A stretch of DNA of 63,478 bases, the filler included, from Octopus bimaculoides (lineage: Eukaryota), in the NCBI RefSeq assembly GCF_001194135.2. It is 5 parts of 5 records of this genome, joined end to end, with 100 filler letters (N's around TTAATTAATTAA, not from the genome) between each part and the next. Parts side by side here need not be neighbours in the genome. Positions count along the whole stretch, not along the records: positions 1 to 18,032 come from NC_068982.1; positions 18,133 to 38,066 come from NC_068988.1; 3 more parts are not named here. One strand, written 5' to 3'. The notes under the pieces are model-generated. The model saw only the letters and a program-made list of their open reading frames with translations, searched no databases and was not told the DNA's origin. Position numbers and translations under genes: made by a program. Positions 12,081 through 24,133 of the stretch are shown in pieces (positions within the stretch are counted from its first letter, which is position 1; each line of letters begins with the position of its first letter).

Positions 12081-12242
12081 CCAATGACTCCAATTTGGTC
12101 ATCAGAGGATTAAATACTGTAGTAAAAAAATACTTAAGCAAAGACTTCAATTTATATTTTCCGGCTATTAACATCTTTAACTGCAAACCAAGTAAATCAA
12201 TATCTTTTGTAACCAAATTGTCATAGGGACACTTTCACACAT

Positions 12243-12492
12243 TATATATACGCATAATACATATATGTATATAAATACATACGTGCATACATACACATAC
12301 ACACACATATATATATATACATATATGTATATACATGCATACATACATACATACATACATACATACATACATACATACATACATACACACACATGATACA
12401 TACATACATATACATATATGTATATACATACATACGTACATACATACATATATACATACATATACATATATATACATACATACATACACACA

Positions 12493-12531
<39 letters not shown>
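12243..12531. repeat. (TACA)n/(TA)n/(CA)n compound microsatellite
   Basis: Directly visible; abuts the Helitron 3' end. Confidence 0.95.
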
Positions 12532-12532
<1 letters not shown>

Positions 12533-12533
<1 letters not shown>

Positions 12534-13718
12534 TAGCAGAAGCATACGGCGTTGTCCGGGTTAAAGATAATGAGATTTCATTCAAAAATTTGATATATGA
12601 GTTTTTTCTTGATTATTGTGATTAGTGATTCTATCATTACTGGCATAAATTCTGTGAGATCATCAACAATAATATACTTGAAATAGAAAACACATAAAAG
12701 CAAGTTATGATAAAACTTCTTTATATACAACATTATGAGTTTTTTCCCTGTGGAGTGTAAATCAAAATATCTTTTGAACTGCTAACACATGACCATCCAA
12801 CATACAATTGTCCATGAAAGAAGCAAGGCTCTTCTAATTGCAGACCAGCTACTGATAATGTCTACCCTTGCGATTTGTTGATGGACATTGCAAAACTTAG
12901 TGTAATTGTAAACTGTACTCCTTTAAATTGTACTGGAAAATGAGTAGGTATTTAGTAGAATGGAACTCTAGTAATGAATACATTATTGTCTGCTCCACAT
13001 CCAGAGAGTATAGTAGCTTCTATAAAATGTGACAAAATGTTCTTCACAGTAAGTCTTACTCCATTGCAGAATTATGGATGATCTACATTTCTTAGAAGCA
13101 TTATAGGTGCTCCAAGTTTCAAGTCAAGCTTATGAGGAGGTAAAATTGGTGGTTCCAGTGAGTTTAGAAACTTAACTGGATAATTTACTACTCGTGATGG
13201 TTCAATAACAATGTCAATAGGTCTATATGGTTAGCAATTTCTAGGAAGGCACCTTAAGAGATCGAAGTTTAATACGCTCACTGTAATATTTTTCGGGGCT
13301 AGAATTACCCTTTCACTCAACCATCTGTGATCCTTATGTTGTGCACTGAGATTTGGAAAGACTTTGTTAATAAGTTCTTTCTCTGATTTCCCCATGGTGC
13401 AAATAGGTGATGGATTTATTGTACCTTCATTGTCTACTCTTCCTTCTCTCAGTATTAATAAACTGTTCAGATAATCTATCATCATGGAGATACGTTCACA
13501 CATTTGCCACTTTTATGTAGTGCAGAGATGTGATCATTTAAAGTATGCACGAATTTCATCAGCTTTCGTTTCCTTTGGGATAACTGGAAGGGTTTGTCTA
13601 AAATTACCAGATAGAACAACTGTCACACCTCCCATTGGAACATCATTATTTCGAATATCTCACAGTGACCTGTCAACAGCTTCAACGGCTCTCTTATGAG
13701 TCATTGTACATTCATCTC
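12533..13718 (-). mobile_element. Helitron 3' fragment: decayed PIF1-like helicase C-terminus plus 3' hairpin and CTAG end
   Basis: [72 protein letters not shown] and NVVYKE motifs with several stops; terminus CCCGGACAACGCCG...CTAG|T at 12560-12532. Confidence 0.9.
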
Positions 13719-13719
13719 A

Positions 13720-14545
13720 TTCAGACACACTGGGATTCAGATAATCGATTTACTATATGAAGTATTATTCTGTTAAGAACAACCCGAGCGAGGATCTTTC
13801 CCGCCACCGAAAGCACTAATATACCACGATGATTATAGCAATTATTTTCTCCATTTCTGTGTAGTAAATAGACGAGTAATAGATGCATCTTTAAGTTCCT
13901 GAGGAACCTGACCATTCTTCCAAATCAAAACGAACAAATCCAAAAGCTTATGCACAAGTACAGTACCTCTGTAGTTGTACACTTCAGCTGGTTTTCCGTC
14001 ACTATCAGGCAATTTACTTGATACCATTTGTTTTATAGCTATGTTAACTTCGAGATATTTCGGATTAAAGTCCAATTCAAGGATTTCCAGCCTTAAAGGA
14101 ATTAAGTCAATGGCATTATGATACACATCAGATGGAAAATTCGAATTTATTTCGAAGTTAAGAATATCACTTTATCTGTTAGCTAAGTACATCTGTTCGA
14201 TGCTAATACCAATAAAGGACTCACATTGCTGAGGGCCATGGATTTCTTTTAAACTTTCATAGAAGGCTTTTATATCCTTTCTCTTGGCAGCAGTTTGGAG
14301 CCCGGCAGCTTTTGTTGACCAGCACTCGTCTTTCATTTTCTTCAAAGTACGTTGAAAAATTTGTTTACAGTTCAAGTATAATTTCGTTTCCACTAAAGAT
14401 TTTTTTCATCTGCAATCCATACTTAATGAGAGGGTACAGTTTTTCAATTAGTCATTAGCTCTGTTATTTTCACTGGGCCAATTTCGATGCTTACGTTTTA
14501 ACAGACAAAGTGCTTCGCATGAGGTAGTATATGTTGCTTCCTTGG
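13720..14545 (-). pseudogene. RTE-clade LINE ORF fragment (linker through RT domain 2)
   Basis: RKHRNW, KAFYESLKEIHGP, DGKPAEVY, VPQELKDASI and NHRGILVLSVAGKILARVVLNR...SESQC motifs, frameshifted. Confidence 0.85.
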
Positions 14546-14757
14546 GATATTTCCATATATATATATATATATATANNNNNNNNNNNNNNNNNNNNNNNNN
14601 NNNNNNNNNNNNNNNNNNNNNNNNNNNNNNNNNNNNNNNNNNNNNNNNNNNNNATATATATGTATGTATATATGTATAGTAAAGACTATTTGCCAACACA
14701 ATGTTTGAGTGGCTGCCATCTCTAGCCGGTGATTGTCCTGTACTGAGAAAGAGAAAA

Positions 14758-14945
14758 ACCCCAGAAACCATCGGTCTACAGATATCGCTAAGACTAGAAG
14801 GGGAACCATAGACTCCCTTGCTCACAGTATACAGACACAGACCATGTGTCGGTAACCAGCTGGAAAATATGTTTTCCTGGGGCTAAAAAGTAGTAACATC
14901 ATCCTGCGTAGGACTGCCACACTGTGTTAGCAAATAGACTTTACT
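14758..14945. repeat. Unclassified repeat family H, copy 2
   Basis: Same-orientation diverged copy of 11151-11340, with indels. Confidence 0.7.
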
Positions 14946-15064
14946 GTATGGTACTGTTAGTATATATTTCTCTCCCAGAGATTTAAAACTGGTTGTTTTT
15001 CTCTTTACACGCACGCACACACACATACACACACGCACACACACACACACACACACGCACACAA

Positions 15065-15096
<32 letters not shown>

Positions 15097-17696
15097 ACAC
15101 GCACACACACACAACATATTCAAGAATTGTTTCTTCTCCACAGTTTGATACACAGATATCTTTTACTGATGTGTATCAAGAATTTTGATTAATCTGTTTT
15201 CAAGAGAAAGGACTTTTGTATCGCTGCAAATTGTACAATCGTTCTGATTAATTAAATTTTAGATCTGCCCTCAGTGGCATGTCCTCATAATTCTTATTTG
15301 AATATAGTAATACTATTTTTTGTGGGAAACATGAACTGGTAAAGTCTGCTCATAGATTCTCTAACTTTTCTATATCATGCTGGGTGCGTCACTTTGAACT
15401 GTCTACAGCTTAAAATTTGTTTTTTTTTATTAAATAATCTTTTTGCTATACATTCGTGTCTATTCCGGTTTTATGCACCAAGAATCATATTCATATGATA
15501 ACTATGTGACTCTTCTATTATTGCTACCAGCTTCGCGCACTGAACTTTTACTCTAGAGTTATATTTATATGAATATCCTTTCACTACCAAATAATTTGAT
15601 TTATCAGACAACCGTACAGATACTCTGATACCTAACATTATATCATATCAACACATAGATATGGTTGCTTCTCTTTTTCTCTTTCTCTAATTGTCTAAAG
15701 ACCTATTTAATTACCAGATCNNNNNNNNNNNNNNNNNNNNNNNNNNNNNNNNNNNNNNNNNNNNNNNNNNNNNNNNNNNNNNNNNNNNNNNNNNNNNNNN
15801 NNNNNNNNNNNNNNNNNNNNNNNNNNNNNNNNNNNNNNNNNNNNNNNNNNNNNNNNNNNNNNNNNNNNNNNNNNNNNNNNNNNNNNNNNNNNNNNNNNNN
15901 NNNNNNNNNNNNNNNNNNNNNNNNNNNNNNNNNNNNNNNNNNNNNNNNNNNNNNNNNNNNNNNNNNNNNNNNNNNNNNNNNNNNNNNNNNNNNNNNNNNN
16001 NNNNNNNNNNNNNNNNNNNNNNNNNNNNNNNNATATGTATATGTATGTGTGTGCGTCTATATGTGTATGAATAAGTAGAGAGTCCGATACTTCGGTAGAT
16101 TAATAGATATACAGACGGAAAAAGGGACAGAAAGATATGTACATTTATATATGCACGTATATGTGCGTGTGCACATGAAATAACGTTTTGTATAAGAATA
16201 TCTGTACGGCTGCCTGATGAATGAAGTATGAATGATGCTTGCATAATACATACAAACAAACATACATACATTAATACATACATATATCCATACATAATTA
16301 CATGAATACATACATGCATGCATGCACGCATACATACATACATACATACATACATACATACATGCATACTTACATACATGCATACATAAATACATACATA
16401 CATACATACATGCATACATACTCACGCATATATGTGTAACAGTGTGTACGTATGCGTATGTGTGTGAGTGTATATACATGTGTGTTTGTGTACATGTGTG
16501 TCTGCATTAAGGTATATATTTATGCATGCGTTTTTTCTATGGGTTAAACAAAGAAATTTTGGAAACACCCTTTTTTTTTAGTGCTCCAGTGACAGGTAAG
16601 AAAAGTGGAGGGTGTTACCACGACTCATGGCACCTACTGAGATACTTGGTCTAAGTACATGTAGCATCATGTATTCATGTAAAAACATGTAAAGGCCAGG
16701 TTACGGTGTTAACCTCGGCGACGGGTTTCACACTCTCACTTGGCGAACGGATACCACAAAAATTAAGCTGATCATTAACACAGTGACAATGCTTCTTTCT
16801 ATGACCTTTTCAAAACATACTTAAATTATCTAAAACTTTCTCTCTTAACTGCAAACAAAGTCAGAATTACTCCTAAGCATGACCATGAATTTTGCAAAAT
16901 TAATCTTTATTTCGTTAAAATTATCTCCCCTTTTCTGTGACACATGTTAGCGATTATCGCTAGATATTTATTTTCCTTCTCCACTCGAAAGAGAAATTTC
17001 TTTTAACCAAGATATTTTTTCTGAGTAAGTTATTCAGTATATCACTGTAATTCATTTAAATACTGAAATGCATGACCATGGCCAAATGGCGTTTTTTTTT
17101 TTTACCTTTAGTTCCTTTTGTTTTCTATGTATGAGTAAAGACATGAATATGTGAATCCGAGTTAATTTGTGTATATAGTTTAGGATATGTTTGCCTATAT
17201 GTAAATGTGCATAGTTATTTTGTATGTACGAATGTGACAGCATTCATGAAATGGATGTATATCTTGCTTTAGTATTCTTAGAACAACATTCTTACCTTGT
17301 GCAAACTGGTCTAAAGTATCAATGGCGTGTTCTTTTGAACCTTAGATTGTGTTGTATTATTTACTTGCTTCCGCTAATATGTATACAATGTGAAGTAAAG
17401 TATCAGTCAAGTGCCATATCGAGTACAATTTTATTGAATATTTCTTTTAGTAAAATGTCTGGCCTTGTGACAGTTGTAGAAATTAGTAATTTTCCGACGT
17501 GACAGTTTATTTGTTGAAATCCTCTCAATGAACCACCATTTCTATTAGCATTAAGTTTGAGGAAAACGTTGATGTGAGGATTCAGCCTTTGGCAAAGTTA
17601 GATGCGTGAAAGAAACAGCTACAGATAGTAAACGAATAGGAGTTGAAAAGGAGTCACAATACGAAAGTATTCTCGTCACATCTATACATACATACA

Positions 17697-17743
<47 letters not shown>

Positions 17744-18032
17744 GTGTTTTTATATCATTAATAAATTCGTAGAACTCATCAATAATATATTCAGGAAAAC
17801 AATATTTAATATTTTGAAAGATATACATCCAACATAACATGGTAACATAATAAATTTAAAAGTTTAAAACATAAATATACGGAATATAAATATGAATACA
17901 TATAAAAATCTAAAAATATATATATATATATGTTTAAATATATATGCGTATAAAAATTTATGTATAAAAATTTATGTATAAAAATTTATGTATAAATAAA
18001 TAAGCATGAATATTATAAATTCTAAAATATAA

Positions 18033-18132
18033 NNNNNNNNNNNNNNNNNNNNNNNNNNNNNNNNNNNNNNNNNNNNTTAATTAATTAANNNNNNNNNNNN
18101 NNNNNNNNNNNNNNNNNNNNNNNNNNNNNNNN
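18033..18132. other. Artificial scaffold join 1 (44 N + TTAATTAATTAA + 44 N)
   Basis: Exactly 100 bp; identical layout at three other sites; the 12-mer has stops in all six frames. Confidence 0.95.
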
Positions 18133-18600
18133 CCACCACCACCACCACCACCGCCACCACCGCCGCCACCACCACCACCACATCCATCGCCACCGCCAAT
18201 AACATTATCAATTCCAGTACTACAATACACTATTCCATCATACGGCCATACTGCCATCAACAACACCACCAAATGCACTAGCTTCACCACCATCATCGAT
18301 GCCACTTAATGCTGTTGACTTTACTACCACCACCACCAACACGATCGAATATCACCACCACCACTACCACCACCACCACTACCACCACCACCTCTACCAC
18401 CTCCCCCAATAACAAGAACAAAACTAGCAACAACTGCACAAAACCATATGTTGTCACCATCACCAACACTGTGAAGGCCCACCATCACCACTACTACCAC
18501 TACCACCAACAACAACGCTATCAGCCCCCCTTCTATCACAATAACAACAGTAGTAACAATACCAAATATTACTACCATTATCACCATCATAAAAAAAACT
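18133..18600. repeat. Degenerate (ACC)n/(ATC)n triplet low-complexity tract
   Basis: Directly visible. Confidence 0.9.
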
Positions 18601-18929
18601 AAAACACCACTGGCGACCAACAAAAACTGGAGCCTGTAATTGGTTGCCAGTCATGCAAGAAATAGTTCTCAAATTCCCCTCAACTCACAAGCCTACAAGC
18701 TGAGAATGAGACACATTTCAGTATGTGATCCTGGGTTCCTTGTGCAGAGGTAAAAGACAAAATGGCCTTGGATGGTATGCTTTTGATCGCAGATCTGCAT
18801 TATTAAGGCTGACCTGGGTTAAGCATCAACAACCACGATGAAATCATTATGGATTGGTACCACCCAAATCCTAATCACTCCTCAATACCAGCTCAACATC
18901 TAGAAGCCCTAGTTTCTTGTGCAACAAGT

Positions 18930-19311
18930 GGAGGCGCAATAGCCCAGTGGTTAAGGCAGCGGACTCGCGGTTGTAGGATCGCGGTTTCGATTCCCAGACC
19001 GGGCGTTGTGAGTATTTATTGAGCGAAAACACCTAAAGCTCCACGAGGCTCCGGCAGGGGATGGTGGCGAACCCTGTTGTACTCTTCCCCCACAACTTTC
19101 TCTCACTCTTTCTGTCTGTTTCTGTTGTGCCTGTATTTCAAAAGGGGCCAGCCTTGTCACACTCTGTGTCACGCTGTATCTCTCCCGAGAACTACGTTAA
19201 GGGTACACGTGTCTGTGGAGTGATCAGCCACTTGCACGTTAATTTCACGAGCAGGCTGTTCCGTTGATCGGATCAACTGGAACCCTCGTCGTCGTAACCG
19301 ACGGAGTGCCA
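18930..19311 (+). mobile_element. tRNA-derived SINE, family A, full length, with 13-bp target-site duplication
   Basis: A box TAGCCCAGTGGTTAAGG, B box GGTTTCGATTCC; TCTTGTGCAACAA at 18915-18927 and 19326-19338. Confidence 0.9.
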
Positions 19312-19949
19312 TCTCTAAATCTCTCTCTTGTGCAACAAAAGATGACAGTCGCAGTAGGGAAAGAATGGAGACGTCAGGTTTCAAGAGGCAACAGTGCACC
19401 GAAAAACAACCAGCAGAATGCATGCATGCAGGTGGTAATTGCGACTGCGCTTGAGATTTGTTTAAGGATGTCATTTGGAATTAATTGTAAGTGAAAATGA
19501 AGAAGTGAAGACATTAAGAAAGATGTTCAGAAAGTTAAAAAGTAGACAGAAAATGAATATATGTCAACTGTAAAGTTTAAATATAATAATTATCAATACA
19601 GAAAACATGAAAGAAAATTATAAAAGGAATATATTTAAATATATGAAAAATATATGAAAGAAATACAAATAAATAAATAAATATAATCAATATGTAAATT
19701 GAAAATAAATTAGGAAGAAGATTAAAATACAAAATATTATCAATTAAATGGAAGAAAAAATTAATAGATAAAATACAAATTTAGGAAGTAGAATATAAAA
19801 GAAAAATTGAAATAAAAATTAATAAAAATTAAATGGAAAGTAAAGCCAATGAGAGAAATAATTGAAGTAAATTTGTTTGCAAAATGTTTTGGGTGATTGC
19901 ACAGCTAGGATCACTGCTGTGACTGTGGAGAGTAATAGTGGGAGAAGAG

Positions 19950-20013
19950 CCACCGGCATCACCACCAGCAGCAGTAGCAGCAGCACCATCAGCATTATCA
20001 TCATCATCACCAC

Positions 20014-20057
<44 letters not shown>

Positions 20058-20115
20058 CCACCACCACCACCACCACCACAACCACCAGCATCACCACCAG
20101 CAGCATTATCATCAA

Positions 20116-20153
<38 letters not shown>

Positions 20154-20544
20154 CCACCACCACAACCACCACCACCATCATCATCATCACCATCATCATC
20201 ATNNNNNNNNNNNNNNNNNNNNNNNNNNNNNNNNNNNNNNNNNNNNNNNNNNNNNNNNNNNNNNNNNNNNNNNNNNNNNNNNNNNNNNNNNNNNNNNNNN
20301 NNNNNNNNNNNNNNNNNNNNNNNNNNNNNNNNNNNNNNNNNNNNNNNNNNATCATCACCACCACCACCACCACCACCAGAACCATCACCACCACCACCAC
20401 CACCACCACCACCACCATCATCACCACTACTACTGTCAATGTGAGAGCAATAGTTGGAAGAGAGATACCAGCATCACCACAATCTCCCCCATCACCACAA
20501 ACACCACCACTGCCACTATCACTACTGGTACTTCAACAACAACA

Positions 20545-20579
<35 letters not shown>

Positions 20580-21420
20580 CACTACAGTTACTGTTGAAAT
20601 TAAGAGTGAATGTACACCTACAACCATCAGTACTCCCCTTCTCCTCCTCCTCTTCTTCTTCTTCTCCTTCTACTCTTCTTCTTCTTCTTCTCTTCTTCTT
20701 CTCCTCTTCTTCTTCTCCTCTTCTTCTTCTTCTCCTTCTTCTCTTCTTCTTCTTCTTCTCCTTCTACTCTTCTTCTTCTTCTTCTCTTCTTCTTCTCCTC
20801 TTCTTCTTCTCCTCATCTTCTTCTTCTCCTTCTTCTCTTCTTCTTCNNNNNNNNNNNNNNNNNNNNNNNNNNNNNNNNNNNNNNNNNNNNNNNNNNNNNN
20901 NNNNNNNNNNNNNNNNNNNNNNNNNNNNNNNNNNNNNNNNNNNNNNNNNNNNNNNNNNNNNNNNNNNNNNNNNNNNNNNNNNNNNNNNNNNNNNNNNNNN
21001 NNNNNNNNNNNNNNNNNNNNNNNNNNNNNNNNNNNNNNNNNNNNNNNNNNNNNNNNNNNNNNNNNNNNNNNNNNNNNNNNNNNNNNNNNNNNNNNNNNNN
21101 NNNNNNNNNNNNNNNNNNNNNNNNNNNNNNNNNNNNNNNNNNNNNTTCCTGCTCCTCGTCTTCCTCGCCTTCCTCGTCTTCCTTCTCTTCCCCTTTCTCC
21201 TTCTCCTCTTGCGGCTGCTGCCGTCTTGTTACCATAACTTTCATCACTATTTCCACTGTCGCAAGTAAATGTGGGAAGAAAGCTACCACCACCATCACTA
21301 CCACCGCCACCACTGCCACTACCATCACAACACTACTTCCACCAGCACCAGCACCAGCACCACCAGCACCACCAGCACCACCACCACCACTGCCATTATC
21401 ACTATTAGCAATATCCTCAG
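19950..21420. repeat. Compound (ATC)n/(ACC)n/(CTA)n/(TTC)n low-complexity block with two gaps
   Basis: Directly visible; source of the poly-I/T/S/L ORFs. Confidence 0.9.
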
Positions 21421-22224
21421 CACTACTTTTATGTTCATTCTTCGTCTCTGAAAGATGTTCAAGACACCACCTCTCTGATATGCAGCCAAGTGGGTGACTG
21501 GAGAGTTGTGACCGTTCCTACCTTCACTATACCTTCTGTGTGCCTTCTGGGAGCGGTGCCATTTCATTGTTGCAGGCAGACATGATACTCTGACTATCAC
21601 AACGATAGGTTTCCCCCCACCTCTCACTCTGATTACAGTTCCCCAAAATGTTCATGTCTTTATTTGTCCGGGACTTAGGTTAACATGAAGTAGCAACAGA
21701 TCACAGCTTCTGCAATTACTGAAAATAATCTATTGAAGATCGTAATAATGCAGCCACTACCATTACCACTACCACTGGTCCCAATGCTTCCACCGTCATC
21801 ACCACTCCCAACAGCACTATTACCACTATACGCACACATTTGCAAATCACATACTACTGTCTTAACAAAAAGAAAAGGCACATTAAGTAATATGATATGA
21901 CTATGTCCTGGAAAAAAATGTGATTTTCATGACTACAGCCCCTTTAATCAATAAACATGCTTCATTAGGGTTAACTCGAGCTAGACAGTTACAACAACAA
22001 CGTCACACAGATGGGAGACCAATGTTATCACTTAAACTGCTAGAAGCATCAGAAAATCTCTTATATTGTATCTTACTATCTTCAAAAAGCGAGGAACATT
22101 TTGGATAGTATAGTTGTCTGAATAAGATGGACTGGTCACAACTAAAACGATTTTGGTGGTAGGTCTCCTGACCTGGGGTTTAGCAACAATAATAACAGAT
22201 ATCACACACGAAGCCTTTCTATAG

Positions 22225-23655
22225 TTGCTCAAACTGATAGAAATAGTAGCTAATTCTCTTTAAAATCACACCCTTCTATTCTAAAGAAAGAAAAGGATAC
22301 GTTTAATAATGTAATTTGTGACATATCATCTACTAGGCTGAGTAAAAAGTAAGCAACGTTTTGAAACATGAAATTCATCACAATATATTTCAACAATACG
22401 GAAATTTTATTTATCAAAGTAAGTACCATTACAATCAACATACAATGAGTTACAAGTTTGTTTATTCCAAAAATCTGGAGTTCTGGAGCTGATGAACTCT
22501 TTGGACGCACTTTCAGCATCGGTTTGATTTTTGAAGTCCTTCTCTTGCAGGAAACCATCAAGGTGCTTGAAAAAGTGTTAGTCAGTAGGTGAAAGGTCTG
22601 GGGAATAACCTGGGTGGGGAAGAACTTCGTAGCCAAGTTCTCTCAACTTCTGGAGCGTCGTTAGTGAAACGTGTCATCGAGCATAGTCATGAAGAATGAT
22701 TGGCCCTTTTCTGTTGACCAGTCTGTGACGGAGGAGTAGCAGTTTTTCGTTCACTTTTGCAATCTCATGGTAATATGTTTCTGCAGTAATGGTTTTTCTG
22801 GGTCTTAAGAAGTTAAAATGGATGAGTCCAGCAGTAAACCACCAAACAGTCACCATAACTTTCTTTTTGAAGAGCTCGGGTTTAGGGAAAGTTTTCGGTG
22901 TTTCATTTTGGTCCAACCACTGCTAAGAACGTTTTTTATTATTGTAAAAATCCACTTTTCATCTCAAGTTACAATACTATCGGGAAATGGATCGGTCTGG
23001 TTACGGGGAAGAAGCGACTAGTAAATTTCATATCTGCGCATTTTCTGATTTTCATTCAAATCGTGCAGTACCCATTTGTAGAAAATTTTTTGATTTTCCG
23101 ATCGTATGCAAATGGTTACAGGTGGTCTTCTGGCTAACTGTTGCCAGTTCTCGAGTGATTTTACGTGGATCTTTCTCAATGACGGTCTTTAATTGACTGT
23201 CATCAATGATAGATGGGTGTTCACTACGCTCACGATCTTGGAGGTTCAGATCACCACTGCGAAATTGTTTAAGCCATTTTCGAGTTGAGCACTCACTGGT
23301 CATTTCTTCACCAAACGTTTCCTTGATATCATGATCAGTTTCAGCTGCTTTACGTCCTTTTTTGAAGTTGAATAGCAAAATTGCTCGAATATCGCGCTTT
23401 GACTATTCCATTTCCGATGATGTAACAGCGGTGAAAAAAATAGCGATGTTAATTTATTGATGCATTTGTGTAAGTCTATACTCTTTTATCAGACAACTGC
23501 AAAAAAATGTTTTAAAAAAGTTCAAATCTCTGCAAAAATCTGGTATAAATTCGTCATGATTCAAAACGTTGCTTACTTTTTCTCAACCTGATAAAGAGAA
23601 GATGCATTTGCCATAGATTTTCTTGATTGAAGGCTGACCTGGGAATAAAGAACCA
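22225..23655 (+). mobile_element. Family G repeat copy split by the mariner insertion (22225-22332 and 23592-23655)
   Basis: Left part CTGATAGAAATAGTAGCTAATTCTCTTTAAAATCACACCC and right part GGCTGACCTGGGAATAAAG are colinear parts of family G. Confidence 0.55.
22333..23591 (-). mobile_element. Full-length defective mariner transposon, Hsmar1/cecropia-like (D,D34D)
   Basis: 32-33-bp TIRs (CTAGGCTGAGTAAAAAGTAAGCAACGTTTTGAA and TCAGGTTGAGAAAAAGTAAGCAACGTTTTGAA), TA on both sides, 1259 bp; ATG at 23411; VT*DEKWIFYNN, KKVMVTVWW, NRKGPIILHD and YSPDLSPTD motifs with stops and frameshifts. Confidence 0.93.
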
Positions 23656-23930
23656 CAATTTCTAAAACCAGCATGGAAACAACATTTCTAGATAACCTGT
23701 ACCAAAATCTTTTAATTTAAAAGTTGAATAGAGAATCCTCTAATTATTCATCAATTCTTTATTGTCTATGCAGCAGCATAGTCAATTCTTAAACAAAATT
23801 TTATTATAAGATCATCATTGACCTATTTCTTCATACCAGCACAAGTTAAACAGATCTGATTACATCACCATTGATCCTCATCTAAGTCATTACCTCTTTA
23901 AGCTGTTTCGCCTATGATGACCCAAACAGT

Positions 23931-24133
23931 CTTTCTCTCAATGTCCTTTCTCTCAATGTCCTTTCTCTCAATGTCCTTTTTCTCAATGTCCTTTCTCTCA
24001 ATGTCCTTTCTCTCAATGTCCTTTCTCTCAATATCCTTTCTCTCAATGTCCTTTCTCTCAATGTCCTTTCTCTCAATGTCCTTTCTCTCAATGTCTTTTC
24101 TCTCAATGTCCTTTCTCTCAATGTCCTTTCTCT
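23931..24133. repeat. 15-bp minisatellite (CTTTCTCTCAATGTC) x ~13.5
   Basis: Near-perfect tandem units; produces the RERTL and SMSFL repeat ORFs. Confidence 0.95.

Noticed and set aside
18077-18088. TTAATTAATTAA palindrome as a biological motif (piggyBac TTAA or PacI site)
   Set aside because: Always centred in exactly 88 N; an assembly linker.
23931-24133. Regular repeat array as a possible CRISPR (also the 35158-35904 multimer)
   Set aside because: No unique spacers, no cas genes, eukaryotic context.
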